Sequence record: SRR22947727_1647
Direction: 5' to 3' (one strand)
DNA: 46,085 nucleotides
The position numbers were made by a program, and so were the translations under genes. Below are positions 10,434-21,088 of the stretch, piece by piece (position 1 is the stretch's first letter; the number at the start of each line of letters is the position of its first letter). The notes below the pieces were generated by a model. It made no database searches and was not told the origin of the DNA. It saw nothing but the letters and a program-made list of their open reading frames with translations.

Positions 10434-11580
10434 TTGGACATATGGGGGCTTTGGAATTTACATCCATTGGCCCTTTTGTTCTGCGAAATGCCCCTATTGC
10501 GACTTTAACAGCCATGTCTCTAAAAAAGTTGAACAAAAACAATGGCTTAAGGGATATTTATCCGAAATCCAGCGGGTAAGGAATGCGGTTGGCCCGCGCC
10601 TGGTTAATAGCGTTTTTTTCGGTGGTGGCACGCCCAGCCTGATGGATCCCGAGGTTGTTGAGGCGGTCATTGGGGCCATTAAATCCAGCTTTCCTATCAG
10701 CAACCAACTTGAAGTAACGCTTGAAGCCAATCCGACCTCGGTTGAAGCAGGCCGCTTTGCGGCCTATCAAAATGCGGGCGTTAACCGAATTTCAATGGGG
10801 ATTCAGGCGCTAAATGATCCAGATTTGCGCAGACTTGGCCGTTTGCATACCGCCCAAGAAGCTCGGTTGGCGTTTGAAACCGCGCGCAATATTTTTGCCC
10901 GCGTCAGTTTTGATTTAATTTATGCACGGCAATATCAAACCCTGGCGCAATGGCGGGCAGAATTAAGCGAGGCGCTTGCAATGGCAGTTGATCACTTCTC
11001 GCTTTATCAATTGACCGTTGAGACCGGAACCGCTTTTGGCGATCGTTACAAAGTCGGCCGGCTACCAGGTCTGCCAAACAATGATCTTGGCGCAGATCTT
11101 TACGAGCTTACCCAATCTTTATGCGATGCGCATAATATGCCTGCATATGAAGTTTCAAATCATGCAAGAGAGGGGGCAGAATGCTTGCATAATTTGATAT
11201 ATTGGCGCTATGGCGATTACGCCGGTATTGGCCCAGGGGCCCATGGGCGGTTGACGCTGAAGGGTCAAAAATTTGCCACTGAAGCATTTTACAACCCAGA
11301 TAAATGGCTTGCCGCAGTAGACCAGGGCACAGGAGAAAAATCTGCGCAGCAGATCGATCAAACCGCACAAGCCACAGAATACTTACTGATGGGGTTACGG
11401 ATCAAAGACGGTATTGATTTAAAGCGCTTTGCGAATTTGGCAGGGGCACCACTTAATATCGAGGCTCAAACCTCTCTTGAAGACATGGGTTTGCTAATAC
11501 GCAGCGATAAAACCCTAAAAGCCACGCGAGCCGGCACCGCCGTGCTAAACTCAGTTATCAGTTCCTTATTGGAAGCCTGA
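10426..11580 (+). CDS. hemW: radical SAM heme chaperone HemW (HemN-like)
   Basis: YIHWPFC..KCPYCDFN, FFGGGTPS, YEVSN and HNLIYW; follows rdgB. GTG start 10426 assumed. Confidence 0.93.
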   Translation: MDDWTYGGFGIYIHWPFCSAKCPYCDFNSHVSKKVEQKQWLKGYLSEIQRVRNAVGPRLVNSVFFGGGTPSLMDPEVVEAVIGAIKSSFPISNQLEVTLEANPTSVEAGRFAAYQNAGVNRISMGIQALNDPDLRRLGRLHTAQEARLAFETARNIFARVSFDLIYARQYQTLAQWRAELSEALAMAVDHFSLYQLTVETGTAFGDRYKVGRLPGLPNNDLGADLYELTQSLCDAHNMPAYEVSNHAREGAECLHNLIYWRYGDYAGIGPGAHGRLTLKGQKFATEAFYNPDKWLAAVDQGTGEKSAQQIDQTAQATEYLLMGLRIKDGIDLKRFANLAGAPLNIEAQTSLEDMGLLIRSDKTLKATRAGTAVLNSVISSLLEA

Positions 11581-11581
11581 C

Positions 11582-11935
11582 ATGCGAGTTATTTGGTTAA
11601 TCTTCGGTTTAATCGTGTTGGGGTTGGGATGCTTAGGGGTTGTTTTGCCGCTTCTGCCAACCGTACCTTTCATATTGCTCGCAGCGTTTTGCTTTGCAAA
11701 AAGCTCAAACAGATTGCATAACTGGCTATTGACCCATCGGCTTTTTGGCAAAATGATCCAAGATTGGCGTCAATCAGGCGCGATTTCTACCAGCGCCAAA
11801 AAAATGGCCACATTATCGATTGCTTTGGTTTTTGCAATTTCTGTGATCACCGGTGTGAAACCACTAATATTAACAATACAAGCAGCCGTCTTAAGCTGCG
11901 TTTTATTGTTTATTTGGACTCGACCTGCTGCGTAG
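11582..11935 (+). CDS. YbaN/DUF454 family membrane protein
   Basis: GVVLPLLPTVPFILLAAFCFAKSS.RLHNWL..H..FG motif. Confidence 0.9.
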   Translation: MRVIWLIFGLIVLGLGCLGVVLPLLPTVPFILLAAFCFAKSSNRLHNWLLTHRLFGKMIQDWRQSGAISTSAKKMATLSIALVFAISVITGVKPLILTIQAAVLSCVLLFIWTRPAA

Positions 11936-12845
11936 AACTTAAGATCCGACATAGATCATCTAATTGATCAAGATCGCCATAAGTAATTGATATTGTTCCT
12001 GTTTCTGTTCCATCTACATGTGAAACAAGGACCTTCATACCCAATCCTACGGATAAATCGGCTTCCAAAGCGCGCGTATCTGCATCCTTTTCCACCAAGT
12101 TTCTCGCCTTGGGCTTCGGCTTATCTTTTGGCCCATCAGCTTGCGCCGCCCGCTTTACAAGCCGCTCAGTCTCGCGCACCGACAACCCTTTTTTCACGAC
12201 CTGACGCGCGAGGTCTAATTGATCGTCTGACGTAATCAACGCCCGCGCGTGACCCGTGGTCAATTGCCCTTCCCGCAGATAGGTTAAAATCTCATCGGGA
12301 AGGTTTAACAACCGCAAAAGATTGGCAATATGGCTGCGGCTTTTTCCAAGCGCCTCTGACATTTGTTCTTGCGTGCGCCCAAAACGCTCCATCAAGTTTT
12401 TGTAACCCTGCGCCTCTTCAACCGGGTTTAAATCGGCCCGCTGAATATTTTCGATAATTGCCACTTCCAGCACTTCGGTATCTGAGAATCTACGCAGCAC
12501 AACGGGTAGCATATGCAATTGCGCAATCTGCGCCGCGCGCCATCGACGCTCGCCCGCTACGATCTCAAACTCATCCTCACGCTCTGGGCGTTCGCGCACA
12601 ATCAACGGCTGAATAATGCCCTTTGCGCGAATAGAATTCGCAAGATCGTTTAGATTTTCTTCGGTAAAACTGCGGCGCGGCTGATCCGGATTGGGAAATA
12701 TTTTTTCAATCGGAACATTCATATCACTTTTTAGTGGAAGAGTATCCGCTGGTTGCCCTTGTTCCGTTGATGTGGAGCCAACATCGGACATTAAGGCTGA
12801 CAAGCCCCGCCCAAGACCACGAACTTTTCCTTTTTTATCAACCAT
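11910..12845 (-). CDS. parB: chromosome partitioning protein ParB
   Basis: GLGRGLSAL, PNPDQPR, GIIQPL, AGERRWRA and ENIQRADL. Confidence 0.97.
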   Translation of the reverse strand: MVDKKGKVRGLGRGLSALMSDVGSTSTEQGQPADTLPLKSDMNVPIEKIFPNPDQPRRSFTEENLNDLANSIRAKGIIQPLIVRERPEREDEFEIVAGERRWRAAQIAQLHMLPVVLRRFSDTEVLEVAIIENIQRADLNPVEEAQGYKNLMERFGRTQEQMSEALGKSRSHIANLLRLLNLPDEILTYLREGQLTTGHARALITSDDQLDLARQVVKKGLSVRETERLVKRAAQADGPKDKPKPKARNLVEKDADTRALEADLSVGLGMKVLVSHVDGTETGTISITYGDLDQLDDLCRILSSTQQVESK

Positions 12846-13643
12846 TTAAACCTCTTTCACCGGTGCTGTCGCCAGATTGTTTTTCAAAAATTCTTGCGTT
12901 AAAGCCCGATAGGCCATAGCCCCTTTTGACAGGCTGTCATATTGCAAAACCGGCATAGAAAAGGACGGCGCTTCGCTTAACCGTACATTCCGCGGGATTT
13001 TGACTTGGAACACCAATTCACCAAGATTATCACGCGCATCCTGTTCGACTTGCAGCGACAAATTATTGCGCTGATCAAACATCGTTAAAACAATTCCCTC
13101 GATACGCAGGTCTGTATTGGCAGTTTTACGCACTTCACGCACGGTTAACATCAACTGGGACAGGCCTTCCAACGCAAAAAACTCACTTTGCAAAGGAATA
13201 AGAACCGAATCCGAAGCCACCATCGCGTTCACTGTTAAAAGCGATAACGATGGCGGGCAATCGATCAGAATGTAATCAAACCCATACGCTATCATGCTGT
13301 CTTGCCGCAAAGCATCCAATAAGAGCGAGCTGCGCTTTTCATTTGACACCAATTCAAATTCTGCTGAACTTAGATCAACGGTGGATGGAATAACGCTTAG
13401 TCCCTTAATATTAGTATCTAAGATAGCGTCTTTAAGATGAGAAGGATCGAGCAAAAGATCAAAGATCGTGGTGGTGCGCACGCTTACATCAATCCCTAAT
13501 CCGGTTGATGCATTACCTTGAGGGTCCAAATCAACAATCAATATTTTCAAACCCGATTCCGCAAGCCCGGCGGCCAGGTTTATTGAGGTGGTTGTTTTGC
13601 CAACACCTCCCTTTTGGTTGGTAATCGAGATTATCTTAGCCAT
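12846..13643 (-). CDS. parA: chromosome partitioning ATPase ParA/Soj
   Basis: NQKGGVGKTT, DLDPQGNAS, IDCPPSL and IPRNVRLSEAPS; start set at MAKIIS (13643). Confidence 0.97.
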   Translation of the reverse strand: MAKIISITNQKGGVGKTTTSINLAAGLAESGLKILIVDLDPQGNASTGLGIDVSVRTTTIFDLLLDPSHLKDAILDTNIKGLSVIPSTVDLSSAEFELVSNEKRSSLLLDALRQDSMIAYGFDYILIDCPPSLSLLTVNAMVASDSVLIPLQSEFFALEGLSQLMLTVREVRKTANTDLRIEGIVLTMFDQRNNLSLQVEQDARDNLGELVFQVKIPRNVRLSEAPSFSMPVLQYDSLSKGAMAYRALTQEFLKNNLATAPVKEV

Positions 13644-13647
13644 TTTT

Positions 13648-14283
13648 TTATTCGCTGCGTGGCGCACCTGTCACGTTCCTTACGCTTAATATCACTGCCT
13701 CATGGTTGGTTTTACTGATAAAGCGCTCTGCTTGAAATTGCCAACTTTTTTCAGCCTCTTTTACTTCTTTTGACCAATTTTTACCCTTCATGAACAAGCA
13801 TTGCGTATTTTCCCCCATGAAAGAATGCGTCATCCTTAACAAATCACTCAACTCAGCCAAAGCGCGGGCCGAAATAACATCAGCTTTTAAAGGGCCTACA
13901 GCTTCGATACGCTTTGCCTGAACCGTTGCGCTTAATTGCAGCTCCCGCACAACGGTGCGTAGGAATACTGCCTTTCGCTGATCGCTTTCAATCAAGGTCA
14001 CACGCAACTGTGGATTTAGCTCTTTGGCCAAGATCGCAACAACCAACCCTGGCAACCCACCACCACTGCCAATATCAACCCAATGTCTAGCATGCGGTGA
14101 TGCAAGCGCCATCACCTGAGCAGAATCGCAAATATGGCGGACCCACACGTCATCATGCGTGGATTTTGAAATTAAATTTATCCGTGTTGTCCATTTTTCC
14201 AATAAGCGTTGATATGCTGTCAACGCATCATATGTTTCACGTGAAACATCTACATCCAAAAAAAGGCTATAATAGTCAGTCAT
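13648..14283 (-). CDS. rsmG: 16S rRNA m7G527 methyltransferase
   Basis: [27 protein letters not shown] and SARA. Confidence 0.95.
   Translation of the reverse strand: MTDYYSLFLDVDVSRETYDALTAYQRLLEKWTTRINLISKSTHDDVWVRHICDSAQVMALASPHARHWVDIGSGGGLPGLVVAILAKELNPQLRVTLIESDQRKAVFLRTVVRELQLSATVQAKRIEAVGPLKADVISARALAELSDLLRMTHSFMGENTQCLFMKGKNWSKEVKEAEKSWQFQAERFISKTNHEAVILSVRNVTGAPRSE
14233..14248. promoter_or_regulatory. parS centromere-like site inside rsmG
   Basis: Perfect palindrome TGTTTCACGTGAAACA, ~0.6 kb from parA. Confidence 0.92.
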
Positions 14284-16142
14284 CCGGCTTTAAGGCGGTT
14301 AAACTGGCGCAATTTCGCCAATAATAACATGGTTGCCGCAGGCGTCATTCCCTCGACCTGTTGGGCTTGGCGCAGGTTCTCGGGCCGGCGATCTGCAAGT
14401 TTTCCACGAAGCTCTGATGAGAGACCAACTATATCTGCGTATGAAAACCCTTCTGGTATCTTTAACGCCTCATCACGCTGCACGGCGTCAACATCTTTTT
14501 TCTGCCGCGCGATATAATTTGAATATAACGCATCGCAGCTCAGTTGTGCGGCAATATCCGGCTCAATATTGCGCAGATCAGGGGATATAGTGATAAGATC
14601 CTCAAACGTTACCTTGGGAAAAGACAGAACCTGATATAGCGAGCGGCGGGAACCATCCTGGGTTACCGCTATACCACCGGCCTGTAATTGAGATGGGGTA
14701 AAGCTATCTGCGTGTAATTGCGCCGTAGCCTTTGCCAGTTTCTCTTGTTTCAGCGAGAAGGCCGCATACCGTTCTGAGCCCACACAACCTAATGCGATCC
14801 CCTGCGGCGTTAGCCTTTGATCCGCATTATCCACGCGCAACGAAAGCCGGAACTCCGCACGCGACGTAAACATGCGATAAGGCTCGCTGACCCCGCGCGA
14901 AATAAGATCATCAAGCATCACGCCGATATAGCTGTCACTTCGCGAAAAACTGGGACCATCACGGCCCAAAGCCTGCGCTGCAGCAGATAAACCCGCCACC
15001 ATGCCTTGCGCCGAAGCCTCTTCATAGCCGGTGGTGCCATTAATTTGCCCCGCTAAATACAAACCTGGCACATTGCGCAAAGCCAAAGACATCTCTAGCG
15101 ATCGCGGATCAACGTAATCATACTCAATCGCATACCCTGGTTGCGTGATAAGCGCGTTTTCTAATCCCGCAATAGAGCGCACATACGCTTCCTGTATATC
15201 CTGGGGAAGTGAAGTGGAAATCCCATTTGGATAGATCGTGGCCACATCCAAACCCTCGGGCTCAAGAAAAATCTGATGCGATGTCTTATCAGCAAACCTG
15301 ACGATCTTATCTTCGATCGACGGACAATAACGCGGACCAACTCCATCTATATGGCCACCATACATCGCAGAACGATCAAGGTTTTTACGAATAATCGCAT
15401 GTGTCTTTTCATTTGTATGCGTGATACCGCAAGCAATTTGCCGTGCTGCTGGTTCTTTAGACAAAAACGAAAACAGCGTTGGCACCTCATCGCCAGGCTG
15501 GCTTTCCAACCCCCGCCAATCGATTGTCGTTCCATCCAATCGCGGAGGAGTACCCGTTTTCAAACGCCCCAAAGACAATCCAAATTCATCAATCCGCTGC
15601 GCGAGTTTTACCGATGGCTTATCGCCCATTCTGCCGCCTGGCCGCGAAACATCCCCGATATGAATAATTCCACGTAAAAATGTGCCGGTTGTTAAGATCA
15701 CTGAGTGCGATCGCAGTTCCGATCCATCCCCCAACACAACACCAGATATGTTTGATGGTGCGCCCAATAGATCAACAACCTCACCATTTAATAAGGTAAG
15801 GTTTTCTGTTGCCTTTAATTGCGCCTGTATCGCCGCGCGATATAGTTTTCGATCCGCCTGCGCACGAGGACCCTGCACCGCTGGCCCTTTGCGACGATTA
15901 AGCAAACGAAATTGAATGCCCGCCTGATCTGCCGCTTTACCCATGATGCCATCAAGCGCATCCACTTCGCGCACCAGATGCCCCTTACCCAAACCCCCAA
16001 TCGCAGGGTTACAGGACATCGCACCCAAATCATGCGCAGATAATGTTATCAACGCTGTTTGCGCCCCCATACGCGCCGCAGCAGCGGCCGCTTCACAACC
16101 AGCATGCCCACCGCCAACAACGATCACATCAAAATGTTTCAC
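14280..16142 (-). CDS. mnmG: tRNA uridine 5-carboxymethylaminomethyl modification enzyme MnmG/GidA
   Basis: [40 protein letters not shown] and [12 protein letters not shown]. Start is GTG at 16142 or 16151. Confidence 0.97.
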   Translation of the reverse strand: MKHFDVIVVGGGHAGCEAAAAAARMGAQTALITLSAHDLGAMSCNPAIGGLGKGHLVREVDALDGIMGKAADQAGIQFRLLNRRKGPAVQGPRAQADRKLYRAAIQAQLKATENLTLLNGEVVDLLGAPSNISGVVLGDGSELRSHSVILTTGTFLRGIIHIGDVSRPGGRMGDKPSVKLAQRIDEFGLSLGRLKTGTPPRLDGTTIDWRGLESQPGDEVPTLFSFLSKEPAARQIACGITHTNEKTHAIIRKNLDRSAMYGGHIDGVGPRYCPSIEDKIVRFADKTSHQIFLEPEGLDVATIYPNGISTSLPQDIQEAYVRSIAGLENALITQPGYAIEYDYVDPRSLEMSLALRNVPGLYLAGQINGTTGYEEASAQGMVAGLSAAAQALGRDGPSFSRSDSYIGVMLDDLISRGVSEPYRMFTSRAEFRLSLRVDNADQRLTPQGIALGCVGSERYAAFSLKQEKLAKATAQLHADSFTPSQLQAGGIAVTQDGSRRSLYQVLSFPKVTFEDLITISPDLRNIEPDIAAQLSCDALYSNYIARQKKDVDAVQRDEALKIPEGFSYADIVGLSSELRGKLADRRPENLRQAQQVEGMTPAATMLLLAKLRQFNRLKAG

Positions 16143-16150
16143 GTGAAACA
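16135..16150. promoter_or_regulatory. parS site overlapping the mnmG start
   Basis: Perfect palindrome TGTTTCACGTGAAACA. Confidence 0.92.
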
Positions 16151-16155
16151 CTCCA

Positions 16156-17442
16156 TCATTTTCCCAAACAAAAGCTGCTAAAAATTTCGTCTAAAATAGA
16201 TTCTATCCCAATTCGTCCAATAAGACCATCCATTGCACGGCAAGCCCGATGCAACTCTTCTGCTGCCAATTCATAAACATCCGGTCCAATTTCTAAAAAT
16301 GAAAGGGCTTGGTCCATGGCCACAACCGCTTCTTGTAACGCCTGTTTATGGCGCTCGCGCGTTGCAACACCTGAGGTAGAAGTCTTTTCTTTTAATACAG
16401 CTTTGAGATGATCAACAAAACGGTCAATCCCCGCTCCCGTCCGCCCTGAAATACCACCTTTTTTATCGCCATCATCGCATTTCGCAAGCAACACAATATC
16501 ATCCGGTGTCATCTCAATCCCCACGGGAACAGCGCCGTCTAACGACAATACAGCACGAATATCCGCGGCATTCGCACGCGCTATTGCGCGCTCAACACCC
16601 AATTCCTCTATATGATCCGCCGTATTGCGTAACCCGGCCGTATCCAACAGCGTAACGGCAAACCCCGCCAAATCCATCCGCACCTCGATTATATCGCGCG
16701 TTGTCCCAGCCACATCCGACGTCAACGCTGCCTCACGCCCAGCCAATACGTTCAGCAAGGTTGATTTTCCCACATTCGGCTTTCCAACGATTGCCACTTC
16801 GAAACCAGCACGCACCCGCTCGGCCATCGAAACTCCCCCAGCCTCAAACATCAACGCCGCGCGCGTACCCGTTACCAAATCACGCACTTCCGGGGTCACA
16901 TCCACCGGCACCTCTTCATCGGCAAAATCAATTGTTGCTTCCAGCAATGCACAGGCCCGTACCAGATCCAACCGCCACTGCGCAGCACGCTGTCCCAGCT
17001 CGCCTGACAACACCCTTAGGGCTTGGCGCCGCTGCGCTTCAGTTTCAGCATCAATCAGATCAGCCAAACCTTCAACCTGTGTCATGTCCAAACGGCCATT
17101 TTCCAGCGCGCGCCGCGTAAACTCACCCGGCTCAGCCATCCTAACGCTGGGCTGCCTGCAACACGCCGCAAGAACCGCTGAAACAACGGCTAGGCTACCG
17201 TGACAAGCCAATTCAACGATATCCTCACCAGTGAAGCTTTTTGGGGCCGAAAACCACGTGACCAACCCGCTATCGAGCGCTGCCCCCTGCCCGTCAGTAA
17301 TCTGCCGTAACACAGACACCCGCGGTGCTCCCAGCTTTCCAGCCAACGCACCAGCGCAAGTACAAGCCTGCGGTCCCGATAATCTGATCACAGATATACC
17401 AGCTTTCCCATGACCCGATGCCAAGGCAACGATCGTATCCAT
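16156..17442 (-). CDS. mnmE: tRNA modification GTPase MnmE/TrmE
   Basis: [31 protein letters not shown] and C-terminal FCLGK. Confidence 0.97.
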   Translation of the reverse strand: MDTIVALASGHGKAGISVIRLSGPQACTCAGALAGKLGAPRVSVLRQITDGQGAALDSGLVTWFSAPKSFTGEDIVELACHGSLAVVSAVLAACCRQPSVRMAEPGEFTRRALENGRLDMTQVEGLADLIDAETEAQRRQALRVLSGELGQRAAQWRLDLVRACALLEATIDFADEEVPVDVTPEVRDLVTGTRAALMFEAGGVSMAERVRAGFEVAIVGKPNVGKSTLLNVLAGREAALTSDVAGTTRDIIEVRMDLAGFAVTLLDTAGLRNTADHIEELGVERAIARANAADIRAVLSLDGAVPVGIEMTPDDIVLLAKCDDGDKKGGISGRTGAGIDRFVDHLKAVLKEKTSTSGVATRERHKQALQEAVVAMDQALSFLEIGPDVYELAAEELHRACRAMDGLIGRIGIESILDEIFSSFCLGK

Positions 17443-17463
17443 TGGGCCTACACCCCGAAACAG

Positions 17464-18735
17464 TTAAGAATTCATTGAATCGAAGAAATCAGAATTAGAT
17501 TTTGTTTGCTTGAGTTTCGAGATTAAAAACTCAACAGCATCCGTTGTTCCCATGGGGTTCAGAATACGCCGCAACACAAAAGTTTTCTGAAGATCTATCT
17601 TATCAACCAGCAGCTCTTCTTTTCGCGTACCAGATTTCAAAATATCCAACGCCGGGAAGACGCGCTTATCCGCAACTTTCCGATCCAAAACAATTTCAGA
17701 ATTACCCGTTCCTTTAAATTCTTCGAAAATCACTTCGTCCATCCGGCTTCCCGTATCAATCAAAGCGGTTGAGATAATCGTTAATGAACCCCCCTCTTCG
17801 ATGTTACGCGCAGCCCCAAAGAACCGCTTTGGGCGTTGCAACGCGTTCGCATCAACACCGCCGGTCAATACCTTGCCCGAAGATGGAATGACCGTGTTGA
17901 AAGCCCGCCCTAAACGGGTAATCGAATCCAGCAGGATCACCACGTCACGTTTGTGTTCCACAAGGCGCTTGGCTTTTTCGATAACCATTTCCGACACTGC
18001 AACATGCCGCGTTGCTGGTTCATCAAAAGTGGATGATACAACCTCACCCTTCACAGACCGTTGCATATCCGTAACTTCTTCCGGACGTTCATCAATCAAC
18101 AAAACGATCAAGTAACATTCAGGGTGATTTTGTTCGATACTGGTCGCTATATTTTGCAACAATACCGTTTTACCCGTGCGCGGCGGTGCTACGATCAAAG
18201 ACCGTTGACCTTTGCCAATCGGCGCAACTAAATCGATAATGCGCGCAGATTTATCCTTCGCTGTTGGATCTGCCAACTCCATCGTCAAACGTTCATCCGG
18301 ATACAGCGGTGTAAGATTGTCAAAAGCAATTTTATGACGGGCTTTTTCAGGCTCTTCAAAATTAATTTTGAACGCATTAACCAATGCAAAATAACGTTCG
18401 TTTTCTTCGGGTGCTTTAATCACCCCTTCGATCGTGTCACCCGTGCGCAATGCAAATTTTCGGATCATGTCTGGCGATACATAAATATCGTCTGGACCAG
18501 GCAAATAATTCGCTTCAGGTGACCGCAAAAACCCAAAACCATCCTGCAAAACTTCCAACACGCCATCGCCCGCAACTTCCCATCCCTCATCCGCGCGCAC
18601 GCTCAGAATTTGGAACATCATTTCGCCTTTGCGCATCGTTGATGCGTTTTCAATTTCCAGCTCTTCGGCCAAAGAAACTAAATCTTTTGGACTTTTACGT
18701 TTCAAATCGGAAAGGTTCAGCCGTTCGACCGCCAT
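17464..18735 (-). CDS. rho: transcription termination factor Rho
   Basis: [34 protein letters not shown] and EFKGTGN. Confidence 0.98.
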   Translation of the reverse strand: MAVERLNLSDLKRKSPKDLVSLAEELEIENASTMRKGEMMFQILSVRADEGWEVAGDGVLEVLQDGFGFLRSPEANYLPGPDDIYVSPDMIRKFALRTGDTIEGVIKAPEENERYFALVNAFKINFEEPEKARHKIAFDNLTPLYPDERLTMELADPTAKDKSARIIDLVAPIGKGQRSLIVAPPRTGKTVLLQNIATSIEQNHPECYLIVLLIDERPEEVTDMQRSVKGEVVSSTFDEPATRHVAVSEMVIEKAKRLVEHKRDVVILLDSITRLGRAFNTVIPSSGKVLTGGVDANALQRPKRFFGAARNIEEGGSLTIISTALIDTGSRMDEVIFEEFKGTGNSEIVLDRKVADKRVFPALDILKSGTRKEELLVDKIDLQKTFVLRRILNPMGTTDAVEFLISKLKQTKSNSDFFDSMNS

Positions 18736-18840
18736 AATATACCTCTGATTGCGGTGTTGACCGCGTTATGTCTGTTTACAGGAAAAAGCGCCCGGACGGG
18801 CTGAAAAGTGTTTACTCTAATTTTTTGTAGAATTAAACCG

Positions 18841-19290
18841 TTAAAATTTGACGATCACTGAAACCACGATCGCGATCATTAAAACGGTTGGGACTTCGTT
18901 CATCATTCGATAATATCGACCATTTCTTAAAGATTGACCAGATTCAAACAATTCACAATGATCAGCGCACCATTTGTGAAACCAAGTCATACCAAGAATG
19001 CTTACAAATTTTACCCATACCCAGGTCATTGACCAATCAATAATGCCAGGAATAAGCACCATCAAAAGACCACAGATCCAAGTTAGAATCATTGCTGGTC
19101 GCATAATAAACCTAAGCAGTTTTCTTTCCATAATTTGAAACGTTGTATCCAGAATATCGCCCTTTTCTGCACGTTCACTATGATACACGAATATTCTAGG
19201 TAAGTAGAACAAGCCGGCCATCCATGAGATAACCGCCAAAATATGAATTGATTTTATCCAAAGATAAGAATTGCTTAAAAAATCAATCAT
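18841..19290 (-). CDS. hemJ: protoporphyrinogen oxidase HemJ (CopD-like family)
   Basis: WIKSIHILAVISWMAGLFYLPRIFVYH, MERKL and R..NEVPT; start set at MIDF after GGGGA. Confidence 0.9.
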   Translation of the reverse strand: MIDFLSNSYLWIKSIHILAVISWMAGLFYLPRIFVYHSERAEKGDILDTTFQIMERKLLRFIMRPAMILTWICGLLMVLIPGIIDWSMTWVWVKFVSILGMTWFHKWCADHCELFESGQSLRNGRYYRMMNEVPTVLMIAIVVSVIVKF

Positions 19291-19311
19291 GTTTTCCCCA
19301 ATTTTAGGCAA

Positions 19312-19659
19312 GTCTATTTAATAAAGAAATATAGATAGAAAGGAAGTAGGATATGTAGGTAAGCTCGTTTTTGTGGATCAAATTTTTTCCTATTATTTAT
19401 CCACAGGACAAAAAACATGAGAAAAAAAATTGTGATATATTTTATATTTAAAACAAATACTTAAATAAAAATTTTAATCTATTTTTGTCTTAAATTGATT
19501 ATCCACAGTTTAAGTAAAGACAAACTTATCCTTTTCCACATTGTATATTTATATGCTATTGTTACTTTTATACTTTAATTGGCAAAGATTTTTGTTTTCC
19601 GGTGTATGTGCGGTAATTTCACCGTATTATTCACCTGGTTTTTGGACGGGTTATCCACA
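19312..19659. other. probable chromosomal replication origin (oriC)
   Basis: Very AT-rich spacer between divergent hemJ and maf. Perfect TTATCCACA at 19397-19405, 19499-19507 and 19651-19659; one-mismatch boxes at 19372-19380 (reverse) and 19532-19540; IHF-like AAACAAATACTTA at 19451-19463. parAB, parS and gidA lie nearby, and by eye the + strand turns from C-rich to G-rich. Confidence 0.85.
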
Positions 19660-20258
19660 TGCGACCTTCTCTTATTTTGGCTTCTTCATCTACTTCACGT
19701 GCAACATTGTTGCGTAATGCGGGTGTTGCGTTTGAAGCATACCCCCCACGACTCGATGAACAAATGATAAAAGAAAGCATGATTTCTGAAAATCTATCCT
19801 GCCGGGATATGGCGGATCATTTGGCAGAACTGAAAGCATCAAAGGTTGCTTCAAAATTTCCAAACTCATTTATCATTGGATCCGATCAAATTTTGGAATT
19901 TCAGGGACAAGTGATTTCAAAACCACACAGCAAAGCAGAGCTTTTTGCACAATTACAGGCGTTTCAAAACAAAACTCATAAATTGTTTACCGCCGCTGTC
20001 ATTTGCCATGAAACGCGTCCAATCTGGCGGCATATTTCAAAGGTAGATGTTTCTTTCAGACCATTATCGGATGAGGTTATTAACGCATATATCGATCGAT
20101 TTTGGGATCATATCCGATATTGTGTTGGGGGATACAGGCTTGAAGCTGAAGGCGTACAACTGATCCGTAGAATCAATGGTGACTATTTCAGTGTTTTAGG
20201 GTTACCTTTATTAGAAGTGCTTAATTTCTTGTCACTCAAAGGGGATTTCTCAACATGA
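19659..20258 (+). CDS. maf: Maf family nucleotide pyrophosphatase
   Basis: LILASSSTSR, KA..V, IIGSDQ, SKP and LGLPL. Confidence 0.92.
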   Translation: MRPSLILASSSTSRATLLRNAGVAFEAYPPRLDEQMIKESMISENLSCRDMADHLAELKASKVASKFPNSFIIGSDQILEFQGQVISKPHSKAELFAQLQAFQNKTHKLFTAAVICHETRPIWRHISKVDVSFRPLSDEVINAYIDRFWDHIRYCVGGYRLEAEGVQLIRRINGDYFSVLGLPLLEVLNFLSLKGDFST

Positions 20259-21088
20259 CGGTGTCAAAAATACCTTTGGTAGCCGTGATTGGTCATCCGA
20301 TTTCCCATTCAAAATCTCCACGGTTACATGGTAATTGGCTGAAAAAACTAGGGCTTGCGGGCTATTATATACCGGTCGATGTTGAACCCGCCGATTTTGC
20401 GCATGTGCTTAAAATGATGCCAAAAATGGGTTTTGTGGGTGCCAATGTTACGATTCCGCACAAACACCTTGCTTTAACGCATGCCGATCACGTTTCCGAT
20501 CGTGCGGCATTAATCGGAGCTGCAAATACATTATCGTTCAGTGAGGATGGAAAAATCTACGCGGATAATACAGATGGATATGGATTCATAGAAAACATCA
20601 AAGATCATCAACCAAATTGGAATGCAGCGTCTGGCCCAGCGCTGGTTTTGGGCGCTGGCGGAGCCTCGCGCGCTGTATTATCGGCGTTGATAGAGGCCGG
20701 AGCTCCCGAAATATATTTGTCGAATAGAACGCGTGCCAGGGCGGATCAGTTGAAAACCGATCTTGGGGCAAGGATTCACGTTCTTGATTGGTCAAAAGCG
20801 TCTGAAATCTTGGATGGCATTGATCTTATGGTGAATACGACATCTTTGGGCATGGTGGGAAAGCCAGATTTATCATTAAGCTTGAAAAACCTTACCTCTA
20901 AAACATTGGTAACAGATCTTGTCTACACGCCCCTAGAAACCGATTTATTAAAGCAAGCAAACGCAATTGGATGCCCCGTGGTAGATGGTTTGGGAATGTT
21001 AATTCATCAAGCGGTACCGGGTTTTGAGCGGTGGTTTGGTAAAAAGCCAACCGTTGATCAAGAAACGCGCAATTTATTATTATCATGA
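20255..21088 (+). CDS. aroE: shikimate dehydrogenase
   Basis: GHPISHSKSP, GANVTIPHK, DNTDG, LGAGGA and GLGMLIHQA. Confidence 0.96.
   Translation: MTVSKIPLVAVIGHPISHSKSPRLHGNWLKKLGLAGYYIPVDVEPADFAHVLKMMPKMGFVGANVTIPHKHLALTHADHVSDRAALIGAANTLSFSEDGKIYADNTDGYGFIENIKDHQPNWNAASGPALVLGAGGASRAVLSALIEAGAPEIYLSNRTRARADQLKTDLGARIHVLDWSKASEILDGIDLMVNTTSLGMVGKPDLSLSLKNLTSKTLVTDLVYTPLETDLLKQANAIGCPVVDGLGMLIHQAVPGFERWFGKKPTVDQETRNLLLS

Noticed and set aside
12012..12027. Third parS-like site inside parB (ATCTACATGTGAAACA)
   Set aside because: Only one half-site matches; five mismatches to the palindrome.
16625..17203. Long antisense or alternative-frame ORFs (e.g. 192 aa opposite mnmE, and those opposite maeB, coxL, rnr and the ALDH)
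   Set aside because: They are shadows of well-conserved genes, with no recognisable motifs of their own.
19448..19493. CtrA boxes in the origin
   Set aside because: TTAA half-sites are spaced N9 or N12, not N7.
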